Part shown: one piece after another, positions 10,369 to 20,510 of the stretch | How the letters are laid out: each line of letters starts with the position of its first letter | Position numbering within the stretch: the stretch's first letter is position 1 | Source: Bacteroidetes bacterium GWF2_33_16 | GTDB taxonomy: Bacteria; Bacteroidota; Bacteroidia; Bacteroidales; UBA12077 | Length of the DNA stretch: 64,000 nucleotides | Assembly (NCBI GenBank): GCA_001768565.1 | Contig: MEOE01000023.1 | Location: 223,215 to 287,214, forward strand | Direction of reading: 5' to 3' | Notes under the pieces: model-generated | Databases searched by the model: none | What the model saw: only the letters and a program-made list of their open reading frames with translations | Told to the model about the DNA's origin: nothing | Translations under genes and position numbers: made by a program

Positions 10369-10528
10369 ATGATAATTATTATTTATGATTTCCAATGAAT
10401 TATTAAATCATTTTTGAAATATTGTAATTTTTTAAGATATCCCAATTGTCTAAGAGACGAAATTAGTTTTTAATTGATGCATGTAAAATAAAAAAAACGG
10501 TTATACACCGCTATTTAAGAAGATCAGG

Positions 10529-11029
10529 TTAGCTTTCAAGCACTTCAAAATCCTTATCGTGTCCATTTCCTTTTATAGTTTCCCAATAACGAATAGAAAT
10601 CTCTCCAGTTTTTCCGGTAAGTAGGTTTTTAACCAGAATTCGTTTTTTATTTCTTATTTCGGTTTCAATTTCTATAAATTCGAATGGTATTTTAAGCATT
10701 GATTCTAATTCAAAACCTGTTTCCTTTGCCGATTCGTCATTTTGTTCGTAGGTCCAGTAAATCTTCATATCGAAACCCTTTCTGAATTTCTGATCCAGCG
10801 TTCGTAGCAAGTCGCTAATAATTTTCATAGAGCAACTGTTTGCATAGGTCAAATACAAATCTATTTTAGTAAAAGCAGCAGGATTTTCAATATATTTTTT
10901 GATCCAATTTGTTATTGGGTCGAAAAAAATTAACACATTTTCCGGCATCGATCGCCCATTAATTTCAATATGTCCATCTTCTAAGTGGACGAAAGGGGTA
11001 TCGTTTGTTTTTTCAATTAATAAGCTCAT
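10529..11029 (-). CDS. DUF1987 / SiaC-family protein (partner-switching type regulatory phosphoprotein homologue)
   Basis: The TPFVHLEDGHIEINGRSMPEN...W...Y pattern is present. It is followed by LYLTYANSCSMKIISDLL and IYWTYEQNDE...PFEF. These align by eye with the SiaC (DUF1987) family. There is an extra ~40-aa C-terminal tail. Confidence 0.75.
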   Translation of the reverse strand: MSLLIEKTNDTPFVHLEDGHIEINGRSMPENVLIFFDPITNWIKKYIENPAAFTKIDLYLTYANSCSMKIISDLLRTLDQKFRKGFDMKIYWTYEQNDESAKETGFELESMLKIPFEFIEIETEIRNKKRILVKNLLTGKTGEISIRYWETIKGNGHDKDFEVLES

Positions 11030-11137
11030 TAATACTAATATTCGGTTAAATCTTACAATTCATGGCTAAGAATAAGTTGATTATATTTCTATCTAAAATT
11101 AATAATAAAATAATTATCATTTAATGATATAACAAAT

Positions 11138-14100
11138 TTAAAACAAGTTAGTTTCCTTTCGTTTTTCTTTAAGATTTAAATGTTGAAAATACTTTATTGT
11201 AACTCGCAACAAATCAATAAAAAGCGTTAAATATAATAGACCAATACCAAACCACATCATAAGTAGATTAAACCACAAAGTGTCAATTTTCAGACCCAGA
11301 ATAATTTTAACCGGCGAATAAAAATGAGAGCGCCCATAATCAGAAGTTGGCTCCATAAAAATCGGATCTTTTTTCTGAATTAACCTTGACTCTGTTTGAT
11401 AAACCTTAAACAATTCGTTTCTATTTAAAACCAGATCTGCAAGCTTTTTATTATAATACCTTTGTCTAAACTTAACAAACTCATCATTTCCCAATTGCTG
11501 AATAAGGTCATTATACCTTTGTTCTTTACGGTCGTTGGCTTGCTTCTGTTCTTCAGAAAAGGTCATTTTTAGAAAATATATATATCCATACGTTGCTTCT
11601 GCTACTTCTTCTGTAAAATTTTCATAATCTAAAAGAAGTATGTTATCAAACGGAGGAACACCAGCACTATTTGTAAGATACTCAAATTCATTTCTAATTA
11701 ACTTGATGTCTTTAGTAACGGTTGCAGAATCTATATTCTCGAATCGCTTGCGGCCAATCATTTCTAATTTATTTTCGAGTTGAGGTAGTAAAAAAGCTAT
11801 ACGATAATCGTTGTTACTTATTATTTGTTCATCTTTAAAAAAGTTCTTCTCGAATTTGTTATTCTTAAACTGCTCCACAGCCAAAGCTTCATAAGCCCAT
11901 CGGGTAGGCATAATGTTACCTATTAATGGAACATATATGCGCGAGGTTAAACTTTTGTGTAAGTCGTCAAAAGGAATCATGGCTCCACCCAAAAGCAACT
12001 GAGGAACCAGAATTAATGGAATAAGTACATAAATAGCAATAACAGAATCTAATCCGGACGATATATTTAAACCAATAATATTTCCTAAACAAGATGCTGA
12101 AAAAAGAACTAACCAAAAGGGAATAAGCATTCCATGAATCTCCAGAATGCTATTGCCTACTATTGTATACAAAAGAGTTTGCAGGGCCGACAACCCAAAT
12201 AAAAAGACAAGTTTAGAATTAATATAACTAAACCAGCTTAATTGAAGAAACGATTCACGCTCAAGAATTTTTCTATCTTTAATAATTTCCTCTGCACTAA
12301 CTGTTAATCCAAGGAAAATTGCGACCACAACAGACATAAACAAAAATACCGGAAGGTTTTTATTATCTGCAAATACATATCCTGTGGGTGTTAAATACTT
12401 GGTAAAGAAACCAAGAATAAATGCAAGTAAAGGAGCCTCGAATAAATTTATAAGCAAGTATTGCTTATTCTCTAATTTCGAAATTAAATTACGCATGCTG
12501 AATACACCGAATTGTCTTAAAAAATCGGGTACTTTAAACTCAGAATCGGGTAGCTTTTCTTCAGAATGTTTTACAGGAATATCCTTTTCAATATTTTCTA
12601 AATACCTGTAATACCAAGCCTCAGGTTTTGTTCTTCGAACACGTGTTTCTTTTCCATATTCATCAATCTCTTTGGCTTCAACAATTTGTAGAATTTGATC
12701 AGGATTAATTGTCCCGCAACAAGCACATTCGCTTTCGGCAGCATTTACAAGAGAAGTAATGGTTTTAAAGTAAACAATAGCATCAACCGGATTACCTTGA
12801 TATATTGGATATCCCCCTTTATCAAAAACCCATAATTTATCAAATAGTTTAAAAATATCAGATGATGGTTGGTGAATATTTGCAATTACAAGTCTGCCTT
12901 TAAGAGTTTGTTCCTTTAAAAGATTCATAACATTTTCCGAATCCATTGATGACAATCCAGATGTTGGCTCATCAACAAACAAAATTAAGGGTTCACGCAT
13001 TAACTCCAATCCAATATTAAGTCTTTTACGCTGTCCTCCGCTTATAAACTTTTTCAATGGATTACCAACCTGCAGATTTCGGGCATCGTATAAATCAAGA
13101 TCAATTAAAACTGAATTTACTTTTTCTTTTATCTGATATTCGTTATAATCGCTAAAACATAGACGGGCATTATAATATAGATTTTGATATACTGTAAGCT
13201 CATCGAATAATAAATCGTCCTGAGGAACAAAACCTATGATTCCTGTTATTATTTTTTGATGATAATGAACATTGTAATTATTAATTTTAACCTTCCCTTT
13301 TGTAGGATATAGCTTGCCACTAAGCAAGTTTAGCAGAGTTGATTTACCTACTCCGCTACCTCCCATTATCCCAATAAACTGACCAGATTCTTCAGAGAAA
13401 TTAAATTTCTGTATTCCATTTTTACTGTTTCTGAACTTAAATTCGAGATCCGTGGCCGAAAATACCAATCGTTGATCGTATGCCAGACTTATAAATTTCG
13501 AAGCAACATCGTTATAATAAATTGAATCAATATTGGGACCTTTAATAATTGATCCATTATTAAAGAAATAGGGTCTTCCGGAAATTATTTTCTGCCCTTC
13601 GATATACAAATTAAGTTCGCCAAAATACCTGAATATAAAAGATTTAATTGATTGAATATAAAATACAACTATTTTCCCATAGAGATTTTTTCTATATAAA
13701 AATTTATGCCCCTGATCGGGAGAAACCTTTTTTTTCATAACCCAAGCCAGACTATCAGACCATTCTCTTATTTGGTTATCAATAACCAATACTTTTTCTG
13801 CTTCGAGATTATCCGGGTTACCATCAAAAATAAACGACTTAAAATTAGCCGATTCGCTATCGGAAAGATTAAATACCTTGGCCACTGTTTTAATAAATTC
13901 AAGCTCCTGGTCAGTTACTACCTGATCTTCGTGAACAAATTCGAGTAACTGCAAAAAAACAATTACTCTTTCATTTCTTAAGAGGCCTTTTTTTATCTGG
14001 CTGCAAACATTGGATATCTGAAATGAGATTAAAGAAACATTTTCTGAAATATCTATATTCTCATCTGAGCGCAATTCTCTATTGTAAAATTCGTAGTAAT

Positions 14101-14260
14101 TATCGAATAAGCGCAAATATTCTTTAACCAGATCGGCATTTAAATACCGATGAAGGTATAACTCAACAATTCTTCTCCCTTTTGCAGTAATGCCATCTGG
14201 ATTTACATTTGCAACAATGGCAAATAAATGAATAAGAGCATTTAATACGGATTCGCTCAT
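11138..14260 (-). CDS. Fused ABC transporter ATP-binding/permease protein (ABC-2/ABCG-like) with ~260-aa N-terminal and ~250-aa C-terminal extra regions
   Basis: Walker A is GGSGVGKST (aa 299-306). The signature is SGGQRKRL and Walker B is LILFVDEPTSGLS. An ABC-2 type six-helix region follows. After it comes a soluble segment and one terminal TM helix. Confidence 0.9.
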   Translation of the reverse strand: MSESVLNALIHLFAIVANVNPDGITAKGRRIVELYLHRYLNADLVKEYLRLFDNYYEFYNRELRSDENIDISENVSLISFQISNVCSQIKKGLLRNERVIVFLQLLEFVHEDQVVTDQELEFIKTVAKVFNLSDSESANFKSFIFDGNPDNLEAEKVLVIDNQIREWSDSLAWVMKKKVSPDQGHKFLYRKNLYGKIVVFYIQSIKSFIFRYFGELNLYIEGQKIISGRPYFFNNGSIIKGPNIDSIYYNDVASKFISLAYDQRLVFSATDLEFKFRNSKNGIQKFNFSEESGQFIGIMGGSGVGKSTLLNLLSGKLYPTKGKVKINNYNVHYHQKIITGIIGFVPQDDLLFDELTVYQNLYYNARLCFSDYNEYQIKEKVNSVLIDLDLYDARNLQVGNPLKKFISGGQRKRLNIGLELMREPLILFVDEPTSGLSSMDSENVMNLLKEQTLKGRLVIANIHQPSSDIFKLFDKLWVFDKGGYPIYQGNPVDAIVYFKTITSLVNAAESECACCGTINPDQILQIVEAKEIDEYGKETRVRRTKPEAWYYRYLENIEKDIPVKHSEEKLPDSEFKVPDFLRQFGVFSMRNLISKLENKQYLLINLFEAPLLAFILGFFTKYLTPTGYVFADNKNLPVFLFMSVVVAIFLGLTVSAEEIIKDRKILERESFLQLSWFSYINSKLVFLFGLSALQTLLYTIVGNSILEIHGMLIPFWLVLFSASCLGNIIGLNISSGLDSVIAIYVLIPLILVPQLLLGGAMIPFDDLHKSLTSRIYVPLIGNIMPTRWAYEALAVEQFKNNKFEKNFFKDEQIISNNDYRIAFLLPQLENKLEMIGRKRFENIDSATVTKDIKLIRNEFEYLTNSAGVPPFDNILLLDYENFTEEVAEATYGYIYFLKMTFSEEQKQANDRKEQRYNDLIQQLGNDEFVKFRQRYYNKKLADLVLNRNELFKVYQTESRLIQKKDPIFMEPTSDYGRSHFYSPVKIILGLKIDTLWFNLLMMWFGIGLLYLTLFIDLLRVTIKYFQHLNLKEKRKETNLF

Positions 14261-14376
14261 AAAACTAAATTTCTAATCTTACTAAATCTGGTAATAGAAA
14301 AATATCCAATACCTCAATATATAAAAATAGCTCAATTTGGCCTATTAGTGCAAATTTTTACAAAAATTAATTCAAT

Positions 14377-14410
14377 AAAAAAGCTCATACCTTACAGTAT
14401 GAGCTTTTTT
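14377..14410 (-). terminator. Rho-independent terminator downstream of 14429..15265
   Basis: GCTCATA / TATGAGC stem (14383-14389 / 14398-14404). It is flanked by A6 and T6 runs. Confidence 0.7.
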
Positions 14411-14428
14411 AAAATATTTTAAGTAGTA

Positions 14429-15265
14429 CTATGCAATTATTTTTTCACGAAGAGCTTCGGTTTGAGTAATAATATCTTCCATTTGCTTCTGTGTAATGCC
14501 TTTTTCATCAATACTATCATAAACCAATTTTATTGGATTTAAATCGTTAAGTAATGATTGAATTGTTTCGTGACTATTGTGCGGAGCCAATAATTCGATA
14601 AGCTTATATAAAGCTGATTTTTGGTGCATAATAACTTTAACCAATTCAGGATTACTATAAACAGTATTTGAAATATTGCAGGAGATATACATTGCCTCAA
14701 CCCAACTTCCAGTTAAAACTAACAATGATAAATCTTCTTTATTATTTTTAACAAGATATTCATATGTATCGTAAAAAGACTCAGTAATTAATTCAACAAG
14801 CAAATCTTTATTGTCGATATTTAGTTCAACTTCTTCGATAAAATCAGAACTAAAAGCGCCTGTAATGCCAAGTTCTTTTACTAGTTTTTCTGAAACATCC
14901 ATAAAATTCATTACTTCCTGTTTCATATTATATGTACTGGCATAACTAAGATCTGCACTATAAACACCTAGGTTAAGTGCTTGTGATTTATCGGTAAAAT
15001 ACTTATCCACATTGGCCAATGGATTGGTTAACCCAATAATATAACTGGCTTCGATTTTATTAATCATATTAATTACCTCGAACGATGTTGGCAATGGATA
15101 AACCACCTCACGAACAGTTTTTTCAATACTTGCTTTATCTAATTTCGAATCAGAACCTTCAATTGGTTCTCCCTTTTTACCAGTACAATTGATTAAAGAT
15201 GTAACCAAAATACCTGATAATAAAAGTATACTGAATTTTTTAAACTGATTTTTTAGTGTTTTCAT
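14429..15265 (-). CDS. Hypothetical lipoprotein
   Basis: Signal peptide with a lipobox-like LINCTG. The body is helical and acidic. I recognise no family motif. Confidence 0.6.
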   Translation of the reverse strand: MKTLKNQFKKFSILLLSGILVTSLINCTGKKGEPIEGSDSKLDKASIEKTVREVVYPLPTSFEVINMINKIEASYIIGLTNPLANVDKYFTDKSQALNLGVYSADLSYASTYNMKQEVMNFMDVSEKLVKELGITGAFSSDFIEEVELNIDNKDLLVELITESFYDTYEYLVKNNKEDLSLLVLTGSWVEAMYISCNISNTVYSNPELVKVIMHQKSALYKLIELLAPHNSHETIQSLLNDLNPIKLVYDSIDEKGITQKQMEDIITQTEALREKIIA

Positions 15266-15357
15266 TGATATAATTGTTTTATTTATTCTTCTTGTTTTTA
15301 TCCCCTTTTAGATATAATTTCAAGGGCGTAAGTTACTGCTTTTTTTAAAAATTTCAT

Positions 15358-16257
15358 TTACCGAGCAAATAATTTTCTGTATCTAAAACCCCAAAGTTCT
15401 ATTCTCTTCTCTAAATATGCAAATAATATAGTGCTAAAAAATGTTAATGAACCATAAACTACTGAAACCATCGACATATCATAATTGTTCAATAAACTTT
15501 GAGCAACATAAATACCTACAATACTATTTTTTAGACCAACCTCAATACTTATTGTTATATTGTTTTTACCACCCAGTCGCAATCTTCGTGCAATAAAATA
15601 AACTGTAACCATTGATATAAAATTTAATCCAACAACCCAGGGTGCAAGAAAATAATAATCGCTTATATGAGTGTCCATTCCTTTTTTATCGAAGAAAATA
15701 ATTACAACAAATACAATTAATAAAATTAAAGGTAAAATAATCTTTAGCGGTTTTTCAGCCTTAACAGCAAATCGATAATAATTGTAACGAATAATCATAC
15801 CAACAAGTGTTGGAATTAATATGGTTAAAACAATATTTAATATAGTACCGAAAACAGGTAAATGGATTTCTCTCTCTACCCCAATAAAGATTATTAAGCC
15901 AAGGTTTACAACAAGAGGTAATGTTACCAAAATAATAATACTGTTAATAGCAGTAAGCGCTACCGATAGAGCAAGATTGCCACGCAGCATATGAGTAATA
16001 ATGTTTGTTGCAGATCCTCCTGCACAAGCCGTGATAAGAATAAATCCGACTTTAAAAACCGGATCGAGATTCGAAAAACCAACCAATAAAAAAGCAATAA
16101 GTGGGAGAATAATTGCCTGGCATAAAATACCTGTTAAAATTGCTTTCGGATATTTGAAAATACTTACAAAGTCCCTTTTCTCAAGCGACAAGCCCATTCC
16201 CATCATTATTATAATGAGCGATAAGGGTAAGAGATATATGGAAAAAAAAGATTGCAT
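15358..16257 (-). CDS. Bile acid:sodium symporter (BASS/SBF) family transporter
   Basis: About 9-10 TM helices. The N-terminal pattern LSLIIIMMGMGLSL...F...PKA...G...Q....P is typical of the SBF family. Confidence 0.85.
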   Translation of the reverse strand: MQSFFSIYLLPLSLIIIMMGMGLSLEKRDFVSIFKYPKAILTGILCQAIILPLIAFLLVGFSNLDPVFKVGFILITACAGGSATNIITHMLRGNLALSVALTAINSIIILVTLPLVVNLGLIIFIGVEREIHLPVFGTILNIVLTILIPTLVGMIIRYNYYRFAVKAEKPLKIILPLILLIVFVVIIFFDKKGMDTHISDYYFLAPWVVGLNFISMVTVYFIARRLRLGGKNNITISIEVGLKNSIVGIYVAQSLLNNYDMSMVSVVYGSLTFFSTILFAYLEKRIELWGFRYRKLFAR

Positions 16258-16303
16258 CGATACTAAATTACTTAACTTCGGATGAATATTAAAAGAAATG
16301 TGA

Positions 16304-16331
16304 ACAAAAAAACGGGCTTTATTGCCCGTTT
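16304..16331 (-). terminator. Rho-independent terminator downstream of 16356..16973
   Basis: AACGGGC-TTTATT-GCCCGTT hairpin. It is preceded on the plus strand by an A-run, which is a U-run on the minus strand. Confidence 0.75.
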
Positions 16332-16355
16332 AATAAAATACTCTTTTGCTTTTAC

Positions 16356-16973
16356 CTATTCCTTAACATAATTCTTGTCCTTAATAGTACATCCAATCGC
16401 TTTTGTAAAATCAGTATCTGGATTCTTGCCATCAAGTAATGTATTTACTGCATTGGCCAAGTATTTCTGAGTTACAGCCGAGGCATCTTTGTAATTATCA
16501 TCTATTGCGCCAATATATTTAACAACAAAATCTTTTCCTTCTTTCTTTAACAAATAGATATGAGGTGTTCGTTTAGCTCCATAAATTTTATATACTTCCT
16601 GGTTTGAATCGAACAGATAAGAGAATGTAAACTCTTTTTCTTTTGCGCGTACAATCATTTTCTCGTACGAATCTTCTGGTGACAATACCGGATCGTTTGG
16701 ATTAATTGCAATTACCGGATATCCTTTTGCTCTGAATTCTTTATCTAATTCAATAATCCTGTCTTCGTAAGCAATGGCATACGGACAATGATTGCATGTA
16801 AAAATTACAATTGCACCTTTCTCTGCTGGTTTATAACTATAAAGAGAAATTTCTTTACCATCCACATCTTTCAATTTAAAGTCGGCTGCTTTGTCACCTG
16901 ATTTGTATCCTTGTGCAAAAATTGAGGACAAGCTAATACTCATAATTAAAATTATAAAAATTGTTTTTTTCAT
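16356..16973 (-). CDS. Thioredoxin-fold (redoxin/AhpC-TSA-like) secreted protein
   Basis: Signal peptide present. CNHCPY (CxxC) motif sits in a thioredoxin-fold context (VIFTCNHCPYA). Confidence 0.8.
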   Translation of the reverse strand: MKKTIFIILIMSISLSSIFAQGYKSGDKAADFKLKDVDGKEISLYSYKPAEKGAIVIFTCNHCPYAIAYEDRIIELDKEFRAKGYPVIAINPNDPVLSPEDSYEKMIVRAKEKEFTFSYLFDSNQEVYKIYGAKRTPHIYLLKKEGKDFVVKYIGAIDDNYKDASAVTQKYLANAVNTLLDGKNPDTDFTKAIGCTIKDKNYVKE

Positions 16974-17083
16974 GATATTTTGGATTTAGTTTAACTTATT
17001 TTATTTGGTTGCTGGTTTCTAGTAAATTGTTTTAATAATACTGTTTACTGCCTACTGCTACTAATAATAACTACCAATACTAA

Positions 17084-17146
17084 TGTCCTCGTTTTCTTAC
17101 TCTCTCAATCTCACTCTGTCTTCATCTCCCCCTCTCTAATTTTCTC
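17084..17146. other. Polypyrimidine (plus strand) tract in an ORF-free 200-nt spacer
   Basis: 53 of 63 nt are C or T (tgtcctcgttttcttactctctcaatctcactctgtcttcatctccccctctctaattttctc). The tract is preceded by ctactgctactaataataactaccaatactaat. It is followed by cgcagagccgcaaag. Confidence 0.6.
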
Positions 17147-17174
17147 GCAGAGCCGCAAAGCATCTAAAACATTA

Positions 17175-17657
17175 TTAACTGATTACTCTCTTCAGCTCTT
17201 TCACTAGTTCTTCGTATGTAAATGATTGCTCAAAGAACAATCGCATATTCTTGTTAAAAATCAGTGTTGCAGGCAATGCTCCCGACCAGTCTGGACTTAC
17301 TTTATCAATCCAGAAATTGCTGTTAGGATCATCTAGAATTACAATGCGAGGTTTTAGCGAATGTCTTTCAGCAAAATTTTTCACTCTTGTTTGATAGTCT
17401 TTCCCAAAATCAAGGCTAACCAAAATAACAACTACTTTTTTATTTTTATAATTGGCATCCAATTGATTAAAGGCAGGCATTTCCTCAACACAGGGCTTGC
17501 ACCATGTTGCCCAAAAATTAATTACGTAGGTAGTGTCATCCTTCTGGTTTAGCAAAGGCTCTAGCTGCTCAAAATTATAAATTGGATAATGCTGCGAATA
17601 GCTATTTTGAGCAACTACGATAAAAAAAATAATGCTTATAAGAATTTTAATTTTCAT
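17175..17657 (-). CDS. TlpA family thiol:disulfide oxidoreductase
   Basis: Signal peptide present. FWATWCKPC active-site motif. Confidence 0.85.
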   Translation of the reverse strand: MKIKILISIIFFIVVAQNSYSQHYPIYNFEQLEPLLNQKDDTTYVINFWATWCKPCVEEMPAFNQLDANYKNKKVVVILVSLDFGKDYQTRVKNFAERHSLKPRIVILDDPNSNFWIDKVSPDWSGALPATLIFNKNMRLFFEQSFTYEELVKELKRVIS

Positions 17658-17790
17658 TTATATCTCCTAAATTTATCTGATAAACAGCATTTATGTAAAA
17701 ATTGTTCAATTTTCAATCATTAAACGATTGAAGCGTTCCATAAGTCTAATTGCTAAATTTACCTTATCCTAAAATTTATACTCAATACCT

Positions 17791-20421
17791 ATGAAACAAA
17801 TACTTTTTTTCACGCGGATCATTAGTTTTTGTATGATTGCCCAGCTCCTTCTGTTAAACAATAATACATTGCTGGCACAACAAACCACAATTCCAACACC
17901 CGAAAGTTATTTTGGATTTAAGCCCGGAACCGACAAAATGCTTTTTAACTACGAAAGCTTAACTGCCTACTTACTAAAACTGGATGAATCATCGCCTATG
18001 GTAAAAATGATTCAGATAGGTAAGTCGCCCATGGGAAAACCAATGTATCTTGTTTTTATTTCATCAGCAGAAAATATTAATAACCTCGACAGACTTAAGT
18101 TTATTAATCGTGAGTTGGCATTAAATCCGAATCTTACTACTACGCAGGTTAACGAATATGTAAACGAAGGCAAAGTTTTCTCACTTTTCACTCTATCAAT
18201 GCATTCGAACGAAGTTGCACCAGCACAGGCAGCCCCACTTATTGCTTACGAAATGGTTACATCAACAGATAAAAATTTAACCAAATGGCTCAATGATGTA
18301 GTTTATATGGTAGTGCCAAATCATAATCCGGATGGGATGAACATGGTTGTTGACAATTACAACAAATACAAAGAAACAAAATATGATGGAGCATCGTTGC
18401 CAGGGTTATATCATAAATATGTTGGTCATGATAATAACCGCGACTTTGTTGCCTTAACACAAGACGACACAAAAGCCATTGCGGCTATTTTTAACAAAGA
18501 TTGGTTTCCTCAGGTTATGGTAGAAAAACACCAGATGGGATCGAACGGACCTCGCTATTTTGTGTCACCTCCTCACGATCCAATTGCAGAGAATATTGAT
18601 GCTGGATTGTGGAACTGGATGAAAATTTTTGGCGCAAACACTATCACCAAAATGACTGATGCTGGACTTACTGGCGTTTCGCAAAACTATTTGTTTGATG
18701 ATTATTGGCCAGGAGCTACTGAAACTTGTATATGGAAAAACGTAATTGGAATGCTAACAGAAGCTGCAAGTGTAAAATATGCAACCCCAATCTATATCGA
18801 ACCGAATGAATTAAGAGTTGGCGGAAAAGGAATGGGAGAATACAAGAAGAGTATTAACATGCCCGAGCCATGGACTGGTGGATGGTGGCGTTTAAGTGAC
18901 CTTGTGAATTATGAGATTGTTTCTACCATGTCGTATATCGAAACATCATCTATTTATAAAAAAGAAATACTCCAATTTAGAAATGATATTTGTAAAAAAG
19001 AAGTAAATAAAGGACTTACAGAAGCTCCTTACTATTATATTTTCCCAAAGAATCAAGCCGATCAAAGCGAATTGGTAAACCTGGTAAATCTTTTAGACGA
19101 ACAAGGAGTAAATGTTTTTGAACTCGATAAGGATGTTCAGATTAACAACACAAGCTATTATAAAGGTGATATTATTGTACCATTAAATCAGCCATTCAGA
19201 TCGTTTATAAAAGAAATGCTCGAATCGCAGGAATTTCCTGCTCGCCATTATACTCCCGATGGACTTTTAATTGAACCATACGATATTACTTCGTGGTCGT
19301 TGCCTTTGCATCGGGGAGTCAAAGTAAAAGAAATAAATAAAAATTTTGTTCAGCTTAAAGAGGCATACAAACCAGTTTCAATTCCATTTACATGGTTTAA
19401 CACAAAGAATGAAAATTACACATCAATTCTTTTAACATCGTCAAACAATAACAGTTACAAAGCTGCATTTACTGCTCTTAATGCTGGTCTTAAAACCGAA
19501 CAAATTACCGAAGATTATTTGTATAACAACACATTGGTTCCGGCAGGCAGTTTTATTATTTACAAAGGTAGTAATATGAATAAAGTTTTTGATGTGTTAA
19601 CTGTAGATCCAACTTATATTACTGGCGATTTTAATGCGAAAAAGAAGGCTGTTACCATGCCACGAATAGCATTTGTTGAAAGCTGGTTTCATGCTATGGA
19701 TGCTGGATGGACAAGGTTTGTGCTTGACTCGTATGGTATTCCGTTTAAGGTTTTACGACCTGCAGATATTGAAACAGCAGATTTGGAAAAAACCTTTGAT
19801 CTGATAATTATTCCTGATGAACAAAAATCAGTTTTACTGGATGGTAAATACTCAAGACAAAACGAGCAATATTTTATGTCTTATCCGCCAGAATACTTAA
19901 AAGGAATGGGTAAAAAAGGACATGAAAAATTACTGAAATATATCAATAACGGAGGCAAGGCTATTGCCTGGAGCGATGCAACAGAGCTTTTCTCAGGGCT
20001 TCAATCCTATGCAATTGACGAGAAAACAACTGAGCAGTTTGAATTTCCTGTTAAAAATGTTTCGGAGCAAATTCAAAAATCAGGTTTTCAATGCCCCGGA
20101 TCATTATTAAGAATTGATCTTATAAAACATCCTATAACGTATGGATTACCAAGTGAAATAGGTGTTTTTCATCGCGAAGGACCCATTTTCAGAACCTGGC
20201 AGCCTAGCTTTGATGTTGACCGAAGAGTAATAGGGACATTTCCAGAAAAGGATATATTACTTAGTGGTTATGCCGAAAATGAAGAAAAGATTGGTAACGC
20301 AACTTCCATTGTTTGGTTGAAAAAAGGCAAAGGACAAGTTGTTTTGTTTAGTTTCAGTCCGCAATTCAGAGCCTCAACACCCGGAACGTATAAGTTGCTG
20401 TTTAACTCGATACTTTTATAA
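17791..20421 (+). CDS. M14 family zinc carboxypeptidase-like protein (876 aa)
   Basis: Signal peptide present. HSNE (HxxE zinc motif) and the VPNHNPDG block are characteristic of M14. A long C-terminal extension follows. Confidence 0.85.
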   Translation: MKQILFFTRIISFCMIAQLLLLNNNTLLAQQTTIPTPESYFGFKPGTDKMLFNYESLTAYLLKLDESSPMVKMIQIGKSPMGKPMYLVFISSAENINNLDRLKFINRELALNPNLTTTQVNEYVNEGKVFSLFTLSMHSNEVAPAQAAPLIAYEMVTSTDKNLTKWLNDVVYMVVPNHNPDGMNMVVDNYNKYKETKYDGASLPGLYHKYVGHDNNRDFVALTQDDTKAIAAIFNKDWFPQVMVEKHQMGSNGPRYFVSPPHDPIAENIDAGLWNWMKIFGANTITKMTDAGLTGVSQNYLFDDYWPGATETCIWKNVIGMLTEAASVKYATPIYIEPNELRVGGKGMGEYKKSINMPEPWTGGWWRLSDLVNYEIVSTMSYIETSSIYKKEILQFRNDICKKEVNKGLTEAPYYYIFPKNQADQSELVNLVNLLDEQGVNVFELDKDVQINNTSYYKGDIIVPLNQPFRSFIKEMLESQEFPARHYTPDGLLIEPYDITSWSLPLHRGVKVKEINKNFVQLKEAYKPVSIPFTWFNTKNENYTSILLTSSNNNSYKAAFTALNAGLKTEQITEDYLYNNTLVPAGSFIIYKGSNMNKVFDVLTVDPTYITGDFNAKKKAVTMPRIAFVESWFHAMDAGWTRFVLDSYGIPFKVLRPADIETADLEKTFDLIIIPDEQKSVLLDGKYSRQNEQYFMSYPPEYLKGMGKKGHEKLLKYINNGGKAIAWSDATELFSGLQSYAIDEKTTEQFEFPVKNVSEQIQKSGFQCPGSLLRIDLIKHPITYGLPSEIGVFHREGPIFRTWQPSFDVDRRVIGTFPEKDILLSGYAENEEKIGNATSIVWLKKGKGQVVLFSFSPQFRASTPGTYKLLFNSILL

Positions 20422-20446
20422 ATAGCTACTAGCTTTTAGCTATCAG

Positions 20447-20488
20447 AAAAAAGAGTAAAGACGCCAAGTTTGGCGTCTTTACTCTTTT
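20447..20488. terminator. Strong bidirectional rho-independent terminator
   Basis: AAGAGTAAAGACGCC / GGCGTCTTTACTCTT, a ~15-bp perfect stem (20451-20465 / 20472-20486). A-runs and T-runs flank both sides. Confidence 0.85.
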
Positions 20489-20510
20489 AAAAATTAACCC
20501 TATTTTACCT

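Noticed and set aside
17083-17139. An 18-aa ORF (MSSFSYSLNLTLSSSPPL) within the polypyrimidine tract.
   Set aside because: - It is a by-product of the CT-rich composition.
- It is antisense to both flanking genes.
- It has no supporting signals.
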